DNA of 61,320 nt, filler included, from 10 parts of 10 records of this genome joined end to end with filler, not necessarily neighbours in it; one strand, 5' to 3'; positions 50,676 through 61,320 are shown, counted from the whole stretch's first letter. Notes: a model not told the origin generated them from the sequence alone. A program made the numbers and translations.

Positions 50676-51046
50676 TCAGAGGAGGAGATTCTGTTCGGCG
50701 AGGAATTTGTTCACAAGGTACCGGGACAGCTCCAGGACCCGGCTGATTTCGGGAGGGGTGATGCCGTCGATATGGATCCCGCAGCTGACGGCGCAGTTCC
50801 TGCCGGTCCCTTCGGCGATGGTCAGGGCGGTCTCCCGGGCCAGCAGGTCCTCCCGGTGACCGGGCAGGGTGATCAGGGAGACAGAGAATTCCTTCCCGCC
50901 CCCGCCGCACCGGGGGCGCCGAAGGCGACGGCCACGCTGCCCAGATGGGGAGAGTCCCCTCCCGTCAGGGCGACGTTCAGATCCTCTCCCATGGGGAGCA
51001 CCTTCAGCTCCAGTTCTATTCTGCCCTCTGCAATCTCGTATTCCAT
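50676..51046 (-). CDS. LpdD-like small protein, frameshift at about 50905-50922
   Basis: [23 protein letters not shown] in one frame joins [14 protein letters not shown]...[13 protein letters not shown] in the next. These motifs match the LpdD (prenylated-flavin chaperone) family. Confidence 0.68.
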
Positions 51047-51167
51047 ACATACCGCCTCGGTGGATATTCCCATTATAACACAAAGCCGTCGGCGGTTCAT
51101 TTCCCTTTGATTGTGTTTCTGTTTCATATGACTTACACTTTTCATGATCATTGAGTCGGAGAGGTTT

Positions 51168-54044
51168 ATGGAAGTTCTTCTGGTATTAGCTGTTCTCGGT
51201 ATCTTTTTCGCTCCCCTGGCGGCGGTCCTGGTTTTCCGGGTCCGGCTGAAACGGCTGGAGGAAAAAACCGAAAAACTCCAGGCTCGTCTGGATATGCTGG
51301 AGGGCAGTTCCGCGGAGCCTTCACATGAACCGGAACCTGAGACGCCCTCTCCCGCTGCAGAGCCCGTATTTCCGCCTCCGGCGGTCGGCCGGCCGGACAC
51401 GCCGCCTCCTGTAGAGCCGGTGACCCGGGTCCGGAAGAAACGTCCTCCCCGGCAGGTCTCTCCTTTCTGGAAGAAGGCGGAGAAGCAGTTCCTCGACAAC
51501 TGGACCGGTGTTCTGGGGGCGGTGATCGTCGTTCTGGGAGCGGGGTTCCTCAGTATCTACGCCGCCCTGAAGATGACCGAGTTCTTCCGGTTCCTGCTGC
51601 TTCTCACTCTGGCCGCCCTGCCGGCGGGGCTGTTCTTCTATCTGAAGGACCGGGATAAATGGCGGCTCCAGGCCCTGTGGATGCGCAGCATCAGCGGGGC
51701 GATCTTCCTGTTCGCCTGTCTCGGTTCCGGGGGAATCCCGGGACTGCAGTGGGTGGCGAATCCCTTTCTCTCCCTGGGGCTGCTGATCCTGGGAATCGTG
51801 GTGAACCTGGGACTGGGCTCCCTGGGCGGGAAGGAGTATTTCGCCTCCTTTCACACCCTCCTGAGCCTCCTGGCCCTGGTGATTATTCCTCCGGGAACCA
51901 CCACCCTGTTCATCGCCGGGGTCATCTGCCTTTACGCCATCATACAGATCTACCGGATTCGGTGGGACCTGCACCTGTTTCTGACCATCACGGGGTTCTT
52001 TTTCTATCACCTCTTCTGGATGCTGACCCTGCAGAAGGAGGGGTTCAGCCAGCTGGTCCGGTTTCAGGGCGCGGCTGCGGTGGCTGTCATTTTCATCGCT
52101 GCGGCGCTGATCCATTACCGGAAGAATTATGCCACCGGAAAGTTCGAACTGTTCCCCTTTCTGGTGCATCTGGTCAACTGGCTCTATTTCTCCGTGGGGA
52201 TGATCCTCTACACGGGAGAGTACCGGTGGCGGACGATTCCTCTGATTCTGGGGGCTCTGGCGTCTTTCCTGCTGGCCGACAGGGCCGGGAGAAAGGGCAT
52301 TGCCTGGCTGAAGACCACGGACACCATGATCTGCCAGGTCCTCACCGTCTCGGCCCTGCTGACTCTGATCGGCTGGGATGTCCGGCCCGTCATGATCTGG
52401 GGGATGATTTTTGCCGAGATCCTCCTGTTTGTCCGGATGATGATTGTTCAGAAAAATCGTCTGCTCTTCCGGGTCGGGGTGCATCTTTCCTGGCCGGCGG
52501 CGGTTGTTCTGATGGCTGTCTGCCTGGACAACCCGGGATATGCGGCAGCGGCCTTCTCGGGCGGAGCGGTGCTTCTCTCTCTTCTGATCCACCGGACCCT
52601 GTTCCGGGCGGAGGACCCGGTCTGGCTCAAAGCGGATTTCCTGCTCTTTCCGGCAAAGAGGAAAAAGGAGTTTTCCCTGACCGGCCTGGCCGCCGGATTC
52701 CTGGGACTGACGGCGGCTGCGGTTCTTCTGGATATGGGGCTGCCTGAGGGCTCCCTTTGCCGCGGCGGCGCCGCTGCTGGTTGTTTTCCTTTTCGCCCTC
52801 AGGGAATCTCCCTCCCGGGGGCTGTTTGCCGGGGCCCTGTTCTTTCTGGCCGGATACTGCCTGATGGGCTGGACGAACCTGCTGGAGGACCGGTCGGTTC
52901 TGGAATATGCCCTGACAGGAGCCTCCCTGTACCTGACCGGCGGAGCATCGGTCTTCCTCCTCCGGCGCCCGGCGGATGGAAGGCCTGTCCGGAACATCGG
53001 GTTCCTGTCAGTCACGGTTACCACTCTCCTCTTATCCCTGGCTCTCCTGGAACCGGTCTCACCTTTTCTGCCCGGCCTCTTCTGGCTGGCTTCCGCGGCG
53101 GCTCTTGTTCTGATCCCGTCTCTTCCCGGCTCCGTCCGAAGGACCGGATTCCTCTTCCTGACCGCCTTTTTCATCCGGCATTTCAGCGTTCATATCCACC
53201 TGGATGACGCCTGGGGGGCTGTCCGGCTCCGGTATCTGATGGACCTGCTGGTCCTGCCTGTCCTGTTCCTCTGGTTCAGAAGCAGAACAGCCGGTTCCGG
53301 GAAAGGGCCCGACAGGCTCCTGCCGTACTTTATGGAGATCGGACTCGGATTCCTGGTCGCTACGGTTCTGATCGAGGTTTCCCTCCCTGGATTCCTGTCG
53401 TTCTGGGAGGTCTGGCCCTGCTGTTCCTTCTCCCGGCTCTTCTGCCCTCCGGCAGGGCGGCGGATTACTCCCGTGCCGTCTTCTACTCCCTCCTTCTCTT
53501 CTGGACCGCCATCGGCGCCCTGATCCCCGCGGTCATCCGGCGGGGGGATTTCCCGATCTTCCCCCTCAGCGGCTCCCTGGCGGTTCTGGCCGGTCTGGGA
53601 TACCTGATCCTCTTTATCCGAAGCGCTTCCCTGAAAAAGATCAGCTGTCCTCCCGCTCTTTCCCGGCTGATCCGGCTCTCCGCCCTCCTGGACCGCCGGA
53701 TTCATGCCCTGCTGCTCTATCCCCTGACCCTGGGGGCGGCCCTGTTTATCTATGGGGCCTTCCGGTCCGAGGCACTCACCTTTCTCTGGGCCCTGGAGTG
53801 TTTTCTGATCTTCTCCGCCAGCATCTTCCTGAGGGAGGAGCACTTCCGCTATGTTTCCCAGGGCGGTCTGTTCCTCTGCGTAATCCGCCTCATCCTGGTG
53901 GATCTGTCGGGAACCACAACCCTTGTCCGGGGGATGGTGTTCCTCGGAACAGGAGCGCTGATGCTGGGAGTGAATATACTCTACAACCGGTACAAGGAAC
54001 GGTTTGTTAAAGATGCAGGGCCTTCTTCCAGTCCGTATCGTTGA
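51168..54044 (+). CDS. DUF2339-like polytopic membrane protein, frameshifts at about 52740 and 53405
   Basis: N-terminal TM, coiled coil, Pro-rich linker, EKQFLDNWTGVLG, many TM segments, and C-terminal IRLILVDLSGTTTLVRGMVFLGTGALML..NILY. The third segment is absent from the ORF track. Confidence 0.72.
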
Positions 54045-54869
54045 AAAAGACGATGTGAAACAGATAGAAGAGCGCCGCCAGAGTGACAAAGATGAAAGAG
54101 GTCACCAGGGACCAGCCCAGGGCTCCTGCCGTGAAATAATCGATTCCCGCGAGCATCAGGGTCAGGTCCAGAAAGAAGAATCCTGCCAGGTTGAGTCCCT
54201 TCTTCCTGACTTTGCGGATGTAGATCAGATAGATCGAAACCGGGAGCAGGCAGGAGGCGGCGATCAGGGACCAGCTCAAAACGCCTGATATCAGCCAGTC
54301 GAAGACCAGGAGAAGGATCAGCACATCCAGGAAGATATAGGAGAGGAGCTTCAGTACCGGCGGATGCCGGCGGGTCAGATAGATGACCAGCAGTTCCACC
54401 GCCGCAAAGGACGCCAGAAAGAAGGGGAGCTCGGGAGCTTCCGCAATCCTGCCCGGCTTGTACCGGAGGACGATCATCAGCTGGACCGCCAGAAGGATCA
54501 GCAGGACCGCCGTCACGGAGATGACCGGCCGCCGCCCGAAATGGACAATGATCCACCCGATCGCCGCCGCGCCCAGCAGGGGGACCATCACATAGTAGGA
54601 CCAGGTAATCCCCCCGTTCCGGACCAGGTCCAGCCCGGCTGTCAGGATGATGGGAAACAGCCCGAGAAAGGTGATCAGAAAGACGATCAGGACCGCTGCT
54701 GCCTCTCCGTCGGTTTCCTGTAGAGCGGTTTCGGGGGGATGACATCTTCCGGATAATCCGCCGGGGTTTCCGGGTGCTCCCGGACTTCATCGGGAATCCG
54801 TGTATCGCAGAGGGGACAGGCTTCCAGCCGTTCTTCCACTTCCACGCCGCATCGGGGACAGTATGCCAT
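54007..54869 (-). CDS. Zinc-ribbon + multipass membrane protein (DUF6320-like), frameshift at about 54690
   Basis: MAYCPRCGV...CPLC joins VLIVFLITFLG...ITWSYYVMVP... and ends ...KKALHL. RBS AGGAG. Confidence 0.7.
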
Positions 54870-54872
54870 AAT

Positions 54873-54913
54873 TCATCTCCTGTTGGTCCGTATTGAAACG
54901 GCCATTCCCATTT
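54873..54913 (-). CDS. 3' end of an upstream gene
   Basis: Reads MGMAVSIRTNRR* and stops just before the Zn-ribbon gene start. Too short to assign. Confidence 0.35.
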
Positions 54914-55013
54914 NNNNNNNNNNNNNNNNNNNNNNNNNNNNNNNNNNNNNNNNNNNNTTAATTAATTAANNNNNNNNNNNNNNNNNNNNNNNNNNNNNNN
55001 NNNNNNNNNNNNN
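54914..55013. other. Artificial contig spacer
   Basis: N44-TTAATTAATTAA-N44. Confidence 0.98.
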
Positions 55014-55258
55014 GAGGCACCCGGCATCCGTCAGGCGGGCGCGAGGCGGGTTGTGGCGCTCCCGCCCCTTCGAGGTTCGATCCGCAATCCTCCGCTTGCC
55101 GCGGCCTTTTCGAGCGTTTCGAGATAGTCGTCCAGATCGCGTTGAGAGTCGAAATCGACGCGTTCCGGCTTGAGCAGCAGCCTGCTGGACGAGGGGTTCG
55201 CCTCGAACTTGTTGAGCAGGGTGTTCAACTCGGCCAGCGCCTTTCGCTCGCCTTTCAT
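55014..55258 (-). CDS. jetD: Probable Wadjet JetD, N-terminus only (truncated; frameshift at about 55066)
   Basis: ATGA overlap with the jetC stop. One added G continues the frame (IEPRRG|RERHNPPRARLTDAGCL) to the contig edge. The Toprim domain is not in the window, so the call is positional. Confidence 0.6.
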
Positions 55259-58200
55259 TCGGCGGCCTCATCCATCATAGCCTCGAGTTCCTCCCGGCTT
55301 AAGCGAGAGGGATCGATCGCGGCCAGTTCGTCACGGGTCCGCTGCTTGATCATGTCGGAACGCGCGTAGGATTCGTCGCCGCGGCGCCAAACGTCCACGA
55401 TGGTATGAGCATAACGCTCCATGGATTGCCGCCCGCCATCCGGACCGCAGATCAGCAATTGCAGGCCCAGTTCCTTGCAGAAATTGACCATGGCGTAGCG
55501 CACGGTCTCATCGAGTTTCGAGAACGCTTCGTCGAATGCCGCGAGGCACAACCCCGACGCGTTGCCACCGATGCGGGAGCGGGCGCCGCCGTAGTAGATC
55601 GATGACAGCGCGGACAAAAGCGCCACGTAGTACGGCGTCTGGGTTTCCCCACCGGACGCCGTACCTTTCCGCTCGCTCCAAAGGACCGTTCGACCCGAAG
55701 ACAGGGATGTGATCTCGAGCTCAAAACTGAAGTATTTGCGGTAGTCCTCGTACTGCTCGATATCGACGTCCTCGGCGAGCAGGACCGCCTCGACCACCTT
55801 GAGTTCATCGGCCAGCGGCTGCTCGTCCGTCACATCGCCCTGGAAGAGCTGGACGTCCATGCGTTCCAGTTCGTGCAAACGATCCACGATCGTGTGGAAG
55901 GCCTCATAGCCCGGAGCACGGGCGCTTTTGAAGTTGTACCGCTCGTCGAGGAAATCGTACTTTCTGAGGACGTCGCGAATATCACGAAGCTCGGCAACGA
56001 CCTTGGCGAAGCGGGCGGCCAATTCGTTCGCGAAGCTATTGCGGAAAATATCGTTCGTCTTTTTCCGCGCGTCTTCCAGTTCGGCTTCATATTCAACGAG
56101 CGTTTCGTTCTGGATCTCGTCGATACGCTCGCACATCCATGGACGGATCTCGCCGAGAAGGGACGGACGCAGACCGAAGAGATCGGCCTGGTTCAGTGCC
56201 ACAAGGCAGTTCCTGGCCTCGATCTCGCAGTCTCCCCTGAGATCCTGGGCTTCCTCCTTGGCGTTTGCAGATTCCTTGGTTGCGCTTTCGGCAAGATCGT
56301 TAGCCGATTTGCAGCCGGCCCGTCTGGTGCAGTAAGCGGAAATGGGGTTCAGAACGGCAAGGCGACTTCTGCCCTGCGAAAATCTGCGAAGCATGGTTTC
56401 GGCATGGAATTTGGAACCGGGGCGTTCGGTGCCTCCAGCAAGCGTGCCCTTGTACACACCCTTGTTGGTCTGCAATTCACCCAGCGCATCCTCATGCTCC
56501 TTTTTCTCCTCCAAGGCCTCGCTCAGGCTCGTTCGTGCAGTACGCAGCTCCGCGTCGTATGCAGAAACGTCGGCTGAGGCCAGGCTCGAGATTTCGGCGT
56601 TCAGTTCATCGATGCGCGAAAGAAGCGAATTCGCCTCTTCATCGATCGCGGTGAACGACTTCGATTCCGAGCTATCCGCAAACAGCTCGACAAATCGATC
56701 AATGAAGCGGGACCAACGCTCGGCTACCTTCACATCTCGCTCACAGCTCTCCAAGTCGTTGCGGACCCGCTCCAGTTCTGCTGCAGCGCGCTCTGCACTT
56801 TGGGCCACGCCGCGGGCGCCAGTTTCCGGCCGCCGCGCGGCTCCTTCACATCGATGACAACGCCATCGTCATAGGTGCCATCGTCGAGAATCCAACGGCC
56901 CGGCCTGTCGAGATCGGCGCGTGACTGACCGAGATGAATGCCACCCGTCCGGAACACCAGAAAGGCATTCGCAAGACTGTCCGCACTCTGGAAAACGGAC
57001 GCCAGCGTTCCCGGCTGGGCGTGCGTATTCATTGTCGCGAGCTTGCGCGTGTTGGCAATGCGGACCTGACGATAATGGGAACGCTCACGCGCCAGAATGT
57101 CGGTGGCCGCATGACAATGCTCGGGGGCGACGAAAATCGCCTCCCGGTCGATGCCCAGATAACCTTCGGCGGCGTCAGCCCATCTCTCATCCGATATGTC
57201 GACCATTTCGGCCAGAACCCTGGGGTTCATGCCTTCGTCGTTCAGGCGGTGAACCATGGCAGCCGTGGTGGGTGACAAAACCACCTTGCCGCTTCTGGCT
57301 GCCTCGACCTGTGCGACGAGATTGCGTTTCGTCTCCCTCAAGCCGACCTCACGCGTACGGTAGCGATCGAGAAGGTGCTTGAGCACAGCTTCGAGAGACG
57401 GAACTCTGGTCATCAAATCGGGAATCAAAGCATCGAGATGCTGCGGGTTCCGCGGGAAATGCGTTTCCTTGTCCCCAGGCAGTAGCGATGCGACCTCGTC
57501 GATCAGATCGAACGCCCTCTGATCCGCGCCTGCGACGTCGACGAGTGGCTGCAACTCCATCAGGTTCCTGATTGTCGCGGCAATTCCGTTGGCACCTGCG
57601 ATCGGCGCGCGCAACTGCTCCAGCTTGTTGTCGATCAAGGCGATGTCCGACTTCAGTCTTTCTTGCCGGTCCTCCGACAGGGCCTCTCTTCGACTGAGCG
57701 TGATCTCATTCATCTCCTGGGTGATGCGCCCGATTTCGTTCTCGCACTTGGTCTTTTCGGCTTCGATCCGCTCGATGTCGGCAAGTGTTTTCTTGTACTT
57801 CCGCGAGGTGTCATTGTGGAGCTGGACGGAGGCCACCGCTCTTGCCCTGAGAGCAATCCATTCCTCGCGATCGACTTTTTCTTCCAGTTCCTGGAGCTCA
57901 TCGAGTTTTTCGGCGAGAGCGAGCAGGAGGCGTAGCTGGGCGTTGAGATCTTTCACCTGCTTGTCGGCATCCCGGTAAACCTGGATGGACCGGCGCAGGT
58001 CGTTGATCCGGATCGGTTCCTCCTCAAGAAGATACTTGCGCACGAACTCGTTCGCCGACTGCATTTCCTTGAACGCCACCGCATTGACGAAGCTGCGGAC
58101 GAATTGCGAGGGGACCGCGCTCCTGCCTTTCTCGAACAGCACGAACATGTATTCACGAACGAAATCGCGTGCACTGTCGTGATAGTCCTGGAACGTTCCT

Positions 58201-58709
58201 CCCCTCTCTTCCACCAAGGCCTCGATCCTGCGGCGGCTATCACGCCACGGCTCGACCTGAAGGCCGGCATCGGTGCGGACCACAATGTCCGATGCCCGAA
58301 TTTCCGCGCCTCGAACGATGAAACGGGAAACAACATTCACGGAATTGGTGGCAAGCTCGGCTTCGATCGAGACGCCGATGCTCACGGGGGGCAGGATTGC
58401 CATCGGGTCCTTGAAGGACAGGATGACGGTCGTGGACGACGATGTGCGCCGAACATGATCCTTGGAAAGCCGCCCAAGGCAATAGGCCTGCAAGGTGCGC
58501 CTGTGTGCTCCACGCCCACCTTCGGCTGCCGCCCTGTTCAGGTCCATTGCCCTTTGATCCCCGCCCGTCATGACGGTCTGGATGGCGTCGAGGATGGTGG
58601 ACTTGCCGCTCTTGTTCTCTCCCGAGATGCCGATGACGTCACCTTCAACGGGAATATCGAGCAGCGGGAAAAGATGCCATTGGACGAGGCCGATATTGGA
58701 CAGGTGCAT
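55255..58709 (-). CDS. jetC: Wadjet JetC, SMC/MukB-like ATPase (~1150 aa), frameshift at about 56819
   Basis: L..I.LVQW, Walker A GENKSGKSTILDA, long coiled coils, signature SGGETQ, Walker B AFDEAFSKLD. One added G fuses the two ORFs (RKL|GARGVAQSAE). Confidence 0.88.
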
Positions 58710-59374
58710 CAGTTCGTCTCCTCGGTTTCCGACACTTCTTCGGCTTCGGAAGTGTCCTCGACATCCTCGGTCGTCATCGTCGTCTCCCGACCTGCCAGGA
58801 ACCTCTCGAGACGGGTCAGGGCATCCTCGCCGGCGAGGTGACGAACGAACGGGCGAATGAGCATTGGTCGATCATAGGCTTCGGAATCGAATTCCCCGAT
58901 CGAGACGATGTTCTTCTGGCTGAATTCGCCATCTAGCAGTTCTTCGAGTTTTTCCTGCTTGAGCACGATGCTCTTTGAGTTGAGAAGCCGCTCCTCGAAC
59001 TCCTGCCAGAGCACCCCCAGGCCCGTGACGGCATTGGCACGCGCATCGATATCCCCGTTTTCCATGCAACGCTGCCAGTGGAGTGCGAGGAGAAAGAGGA
59101 CCAGCGTCTGGGTGGGTGTCATCCTGGGAGACGTGACTTCTTCCAGCCGAGGAAGCAGCCCGTACCAACCTTCGACATCGCTGTGAACGAGATCGTATCC
59201 GGCAACGTCGAAATGCCGGGAGATCAGGTCCCGAAGGGCAGGGTTGTCGAGCACGCGCCTCATGAAACCGGGGCGATCGTCCGGCACCCAGAAGAACTGC
59301 TTGTGCATCAGGAAGTGGATCGTGCGGCGCACTTCCGAGAGCTTGTCAGGCGACAGATCCGAAATCTCAACCAT
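58709..59374 (-). CDS. jetB: Wadjet JetB (DUF4194/MukE-like)
   Basis: 221 aa, L...QF...HFDVAGYDL, TLVLFLL, IRP motif and acidic tail. Coupled to both jetA and jetC. Confidence 0.8.
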   Translation of the reverse strand: MVEISDLSPDKLSEVRRTIHFLMHKQFFWVPDDRPGFMRRVLDNPALRDLISRHFDVAGYDLVHSDVEGWYGLLPRLEEVTSPRMTPTQTLVLFLLALHWQRCMENGDIDARANAVTGLGVLWQEFEERLLNSKSIVLKQEKLEELLDGEFSQKNIVSIGEFDSEAYDRPMLIRPFVRHLAGEDALTRLERFLAGRETTMTTEDVEDTSEAEEVSETEETN

Positions 59375-60916
59375 CTATGCGCGCCTCCCGGCGATTGATG
59401 CGAAATGCCTCGCATTCGACGTAGTCGTTCTGGACCCTTTTGCCGGGTTCGGGTTCACCGAAGACAAAGCGATTAGACATCTCGGACGGCAGCTTGCCGC
59501 GGCGGTTCATGATCAGGAGCGCATCGAAGGCAAGAAAGTCGTCGATGGTTTCGACCGGCAGGTCGACGGCCTCCATTGACCCGTTGACGCCCATGGCCCG
59601 GTCGAGGAATGCGCCTACCTGCGCCGGTGTCGGCCGCAGCCGCCGCAGGTAGGCGTTCTTGAGATCCCGAGCGAAAAGATCGACCGGATCGGGCTCCGAG
59701 ACCTGCACCGTGGCAACACCCAACGGGACACGCTCCCTGCGCGGCGCTGTGTGAAGGGCCTCCCCGAAGAACCTGTCGCTGCTGTCGAGGTATCCCTCGA
59801 CCAGCGGAACGTTGGCATTCTCAGGCTCAACGGCAATTGCAGCAACCAGGCGATCGAGAACCGCATCGACGCGTTTTGCGTAGTCGCGCCGCCCCCGGCT
59901 TCGATAGCGAAGCATGTTGCGCAATCGTTCCTCGAGCTGGGTCTGGAAGGCGCGAATGCGATCAAACATTTGATCGATGTGACCGAGGATCTCCATCAGG
60001 GCAGTGAAATCGTCACCGACCCTGATGATCGCCTCATCGACGGCTTTCTGCTGTTCGATACCCCAGGCCTCGCCGCGGGCCATCAGGTCAGGGTCCGCAT
60101 GCTCGGCATAGGTTTTTGCGACGAGACGGACGATATGGTCGTCCTGTGAAAGACGCCGCACAGCGACCAGGATCTCGTTCTTGTAGCGGTAGGGATGGTT
60201 GCTGGTGTGCAGGGCGGCGAAATCCTTCAGAAGAAGGCGTTTCACAAACCCGTCGAAAAAGACCTTCAGCCGCGCGCGTTGATCCTCGCCGCTCATCATC
60301 TCCGTGCGGATGCGCTTGAGATCGAGATGATCGCCCGCAAGTGCCTGACAAAGGATTCGAGATCCCGCCTGACGTGATTGAGCGACAGGGCGTTGAGCGA
60401 CGGGTCTTCAGCAATGCCCTTGAGCGCAAGGTTGAGCTGCACCAGAGTGCCGGAGAACTGGAGAGCGAAACCGTCCCTGATCCTGTGCAGCGTTTCCATG
60501 AGAGCCAGCGCACCCGGCGACATGTCGACCGTCTTGACGATCCCGAATTGCTCCTCTTCCAGCCATCCGGTTTCGATCAGGTATTCGTAGTGCCGAACCG
60601 CTCGGGCTCTGACCGAATCCGCGAGCTCTGCATCACGCACCGGTCGTTGGCGACGGCCAACACGGCGACGGCCATGCACACGCAACTCAGGCAGGTCTTC
60701 AAGGGTGTCTTCCTCGCTCCACAGATCGGGGCGGCTTTTCAGCGTTTCGTAGATGTCCGCGATCACTTCGCTGTCGCGTGGATATCTGGGGGCATCCTTG
60801 TAGAAGCGGGCATACAGGCGAACGAGGCACTCTTCGTAGAACCAGCGGTTCTTGCGACTGAATGGAAGAAATATCTGGTCATTCAAGTTTGCGAAAAGCG
60901 ACAACCCATTCTCCAA
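59367..60916 (-). CDS. jetA: Wadjet JetA (kleisin/MukF-like), frameshift at about 60322
   Basis: LF..L...IF.PFSR.NR..Y, YEYLIETGWLEEE, and T.NHPYRYK after the frame change. One added G restores IISDLKRIRTEMM. Likely start is TTG 60904 after GGAG. Confidence 0.8.
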
Positions 60917-61035
60917 AGTGCAATATCAAGCAAATAACCGCACCTTACGCGCACGAATCGAGAATCTTCAAATGCAGTCAGAGCTTTCGCACCGCAGTGA
61001 CCCTCATTCGCTGCCGCGTGTCAGTACCAGGAGCT

Positions 61036-61079
61036 CTCGAATCGCATATATGAAACCAATATCGCATATGCGATTCGAG
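61036..61079. promoter_or_regulatory. Nested palindromic operator-like element
   Basis: Perfect 14-bp inverted repeat CTCGAATCGCATAT / ATATGCGATTCGAG, internal perfect palindrome ATCGCATATGCGAT (61061-61074), and ATCGCATAT repeated 20 bp apart. Confidence 0.7.
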
Positions 61080-61114
61080 TTGACGACTCATTCCGCAGCC
61101 CGCAGACATTCGAC

Positions 61115-61320
61115 ATGGGTCGACCCAAGCAATTCACCGAACGCATCCTGCTCGCCATGCCCGAGGGCACGACAGCGCGCATAGACGCCCTGCTGAAGGA
61201 CGGGGAGTATCGCCTCGACTTCATACGGGATGCGATAGAGGCCGAGATCGCGCGACGTCGCGCAACCCATGGCGCCAAGGACAACGCCAAAGAGGCCTTC
61301 GACGTTGCAGAAGACCCAAG
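61115..61320 (+). CDS. Ribbon-helix-helix (CopG/Arc-like) DNA-binding protein, runs off the window end
   Basis: MGRPKQFTERILLAMPEGTTARIDALLKDGEYRLDFIRDAIEAEIARRR: basic arm, alternating strand, helix A, helix B (FIR.AI). Absent from the ORF track because it has no stop. Confidence 0.7.
   Translation, partial: MGRPKQFTERILLAMPEGTTARIDALLKDGEYRLDFIRDAIEAEIARRRATHGAKDNAKEAFDVAEDP

Noticed and set aside
50215..50910. 231-aa extended PadR predicted by the ORF track
   Set aside because: The extension overlaps the LpdD-like gene in another frame. The likely start is the ATG at 50538, which has an AGGAG RBS.
5052..54969. TTAATTAATTAA recurring nine times
   Set aside because: Always centred in 44+44 Ns. 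It is an assembly linker with six-frame stops, not a biological repeat. ORFs ending in X…LIN are artefacts of it.
55014..60916. Programmed ribosomal frameshifting in jetA, jetC or jetD
   Set aside because: No slippery heptamers at the junctions, and the same single-base loss pattern occurs in rpiB and gabT on other contigs.
1..61320. rRNA, tRNA, IS transposase or integrase genes
   Set aside because: None recognised by eye. Nearly all sequence is accounted for by protein genes, and the short intergenic regions show no cloverleaf or rRNA motifs. A covariance-model scan was not possible.

Overview
This window is not one locus. It is ten unrelated contigs of about 5-8 kb joined by an artificial 100-nt spacer (N44-TTAATTAATTAA-N44), so no gene linkage can be inferred across spacers. 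(1) 1-5007: three signalling kinases. (2) 5108-10411: gyrA 3' part, gpsA, a small Cys protein, pgk and a hypothetical gene with a structured leader. (3) 10512-18757: gabT, a sigma54 activator and a Liv-type ABC importer, with two sigma54 promoters and a shared palindrome. (4) 18858-25608: fabG-acpP-fabF-rpiB-nrdR-ribD, a ParB-like gene, ihfA and pilC. (5) 25709-31373: a eukaryotic-looking uninterrupted ORF of more than 1850 aa (single-pass, coiled coil). (6) 31474-37571: a degenerate DEDDh/GIY-YIG fusion and a ~1360-aa internally duplicated membrane protein. (7) 37672-42824: a phage tail module ending in a candidate Mu-type terminus. (8) 42925-48541: phnX end and a DUF3141/CoA-transferase/MaoC-Pta cluster linked to PHA metabolism. 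(9) 48642-54913: PadR-DUF1700-DUF4097, LpdD-like, DUF2339-like and Zn-ribbon membrane genes. (10) 55014-61320: a Wadjet jetABCD anti-plasmid operon with a divergent ribbon-helix-helix gene and a nested palindromic operator. About 12 frameshifts, mostly single-base losses in G/C runs and including housekeeping genes, look like sequencing errors. The best leads are the RHH/operator-Wadjet arrangement, the candidate transposable-phage end and the pseudo-exonuclease-GIY-YIG fusion. I cannot show from sequence alone that any of them is a new system. All family assignments are by motif recognition, not database search.
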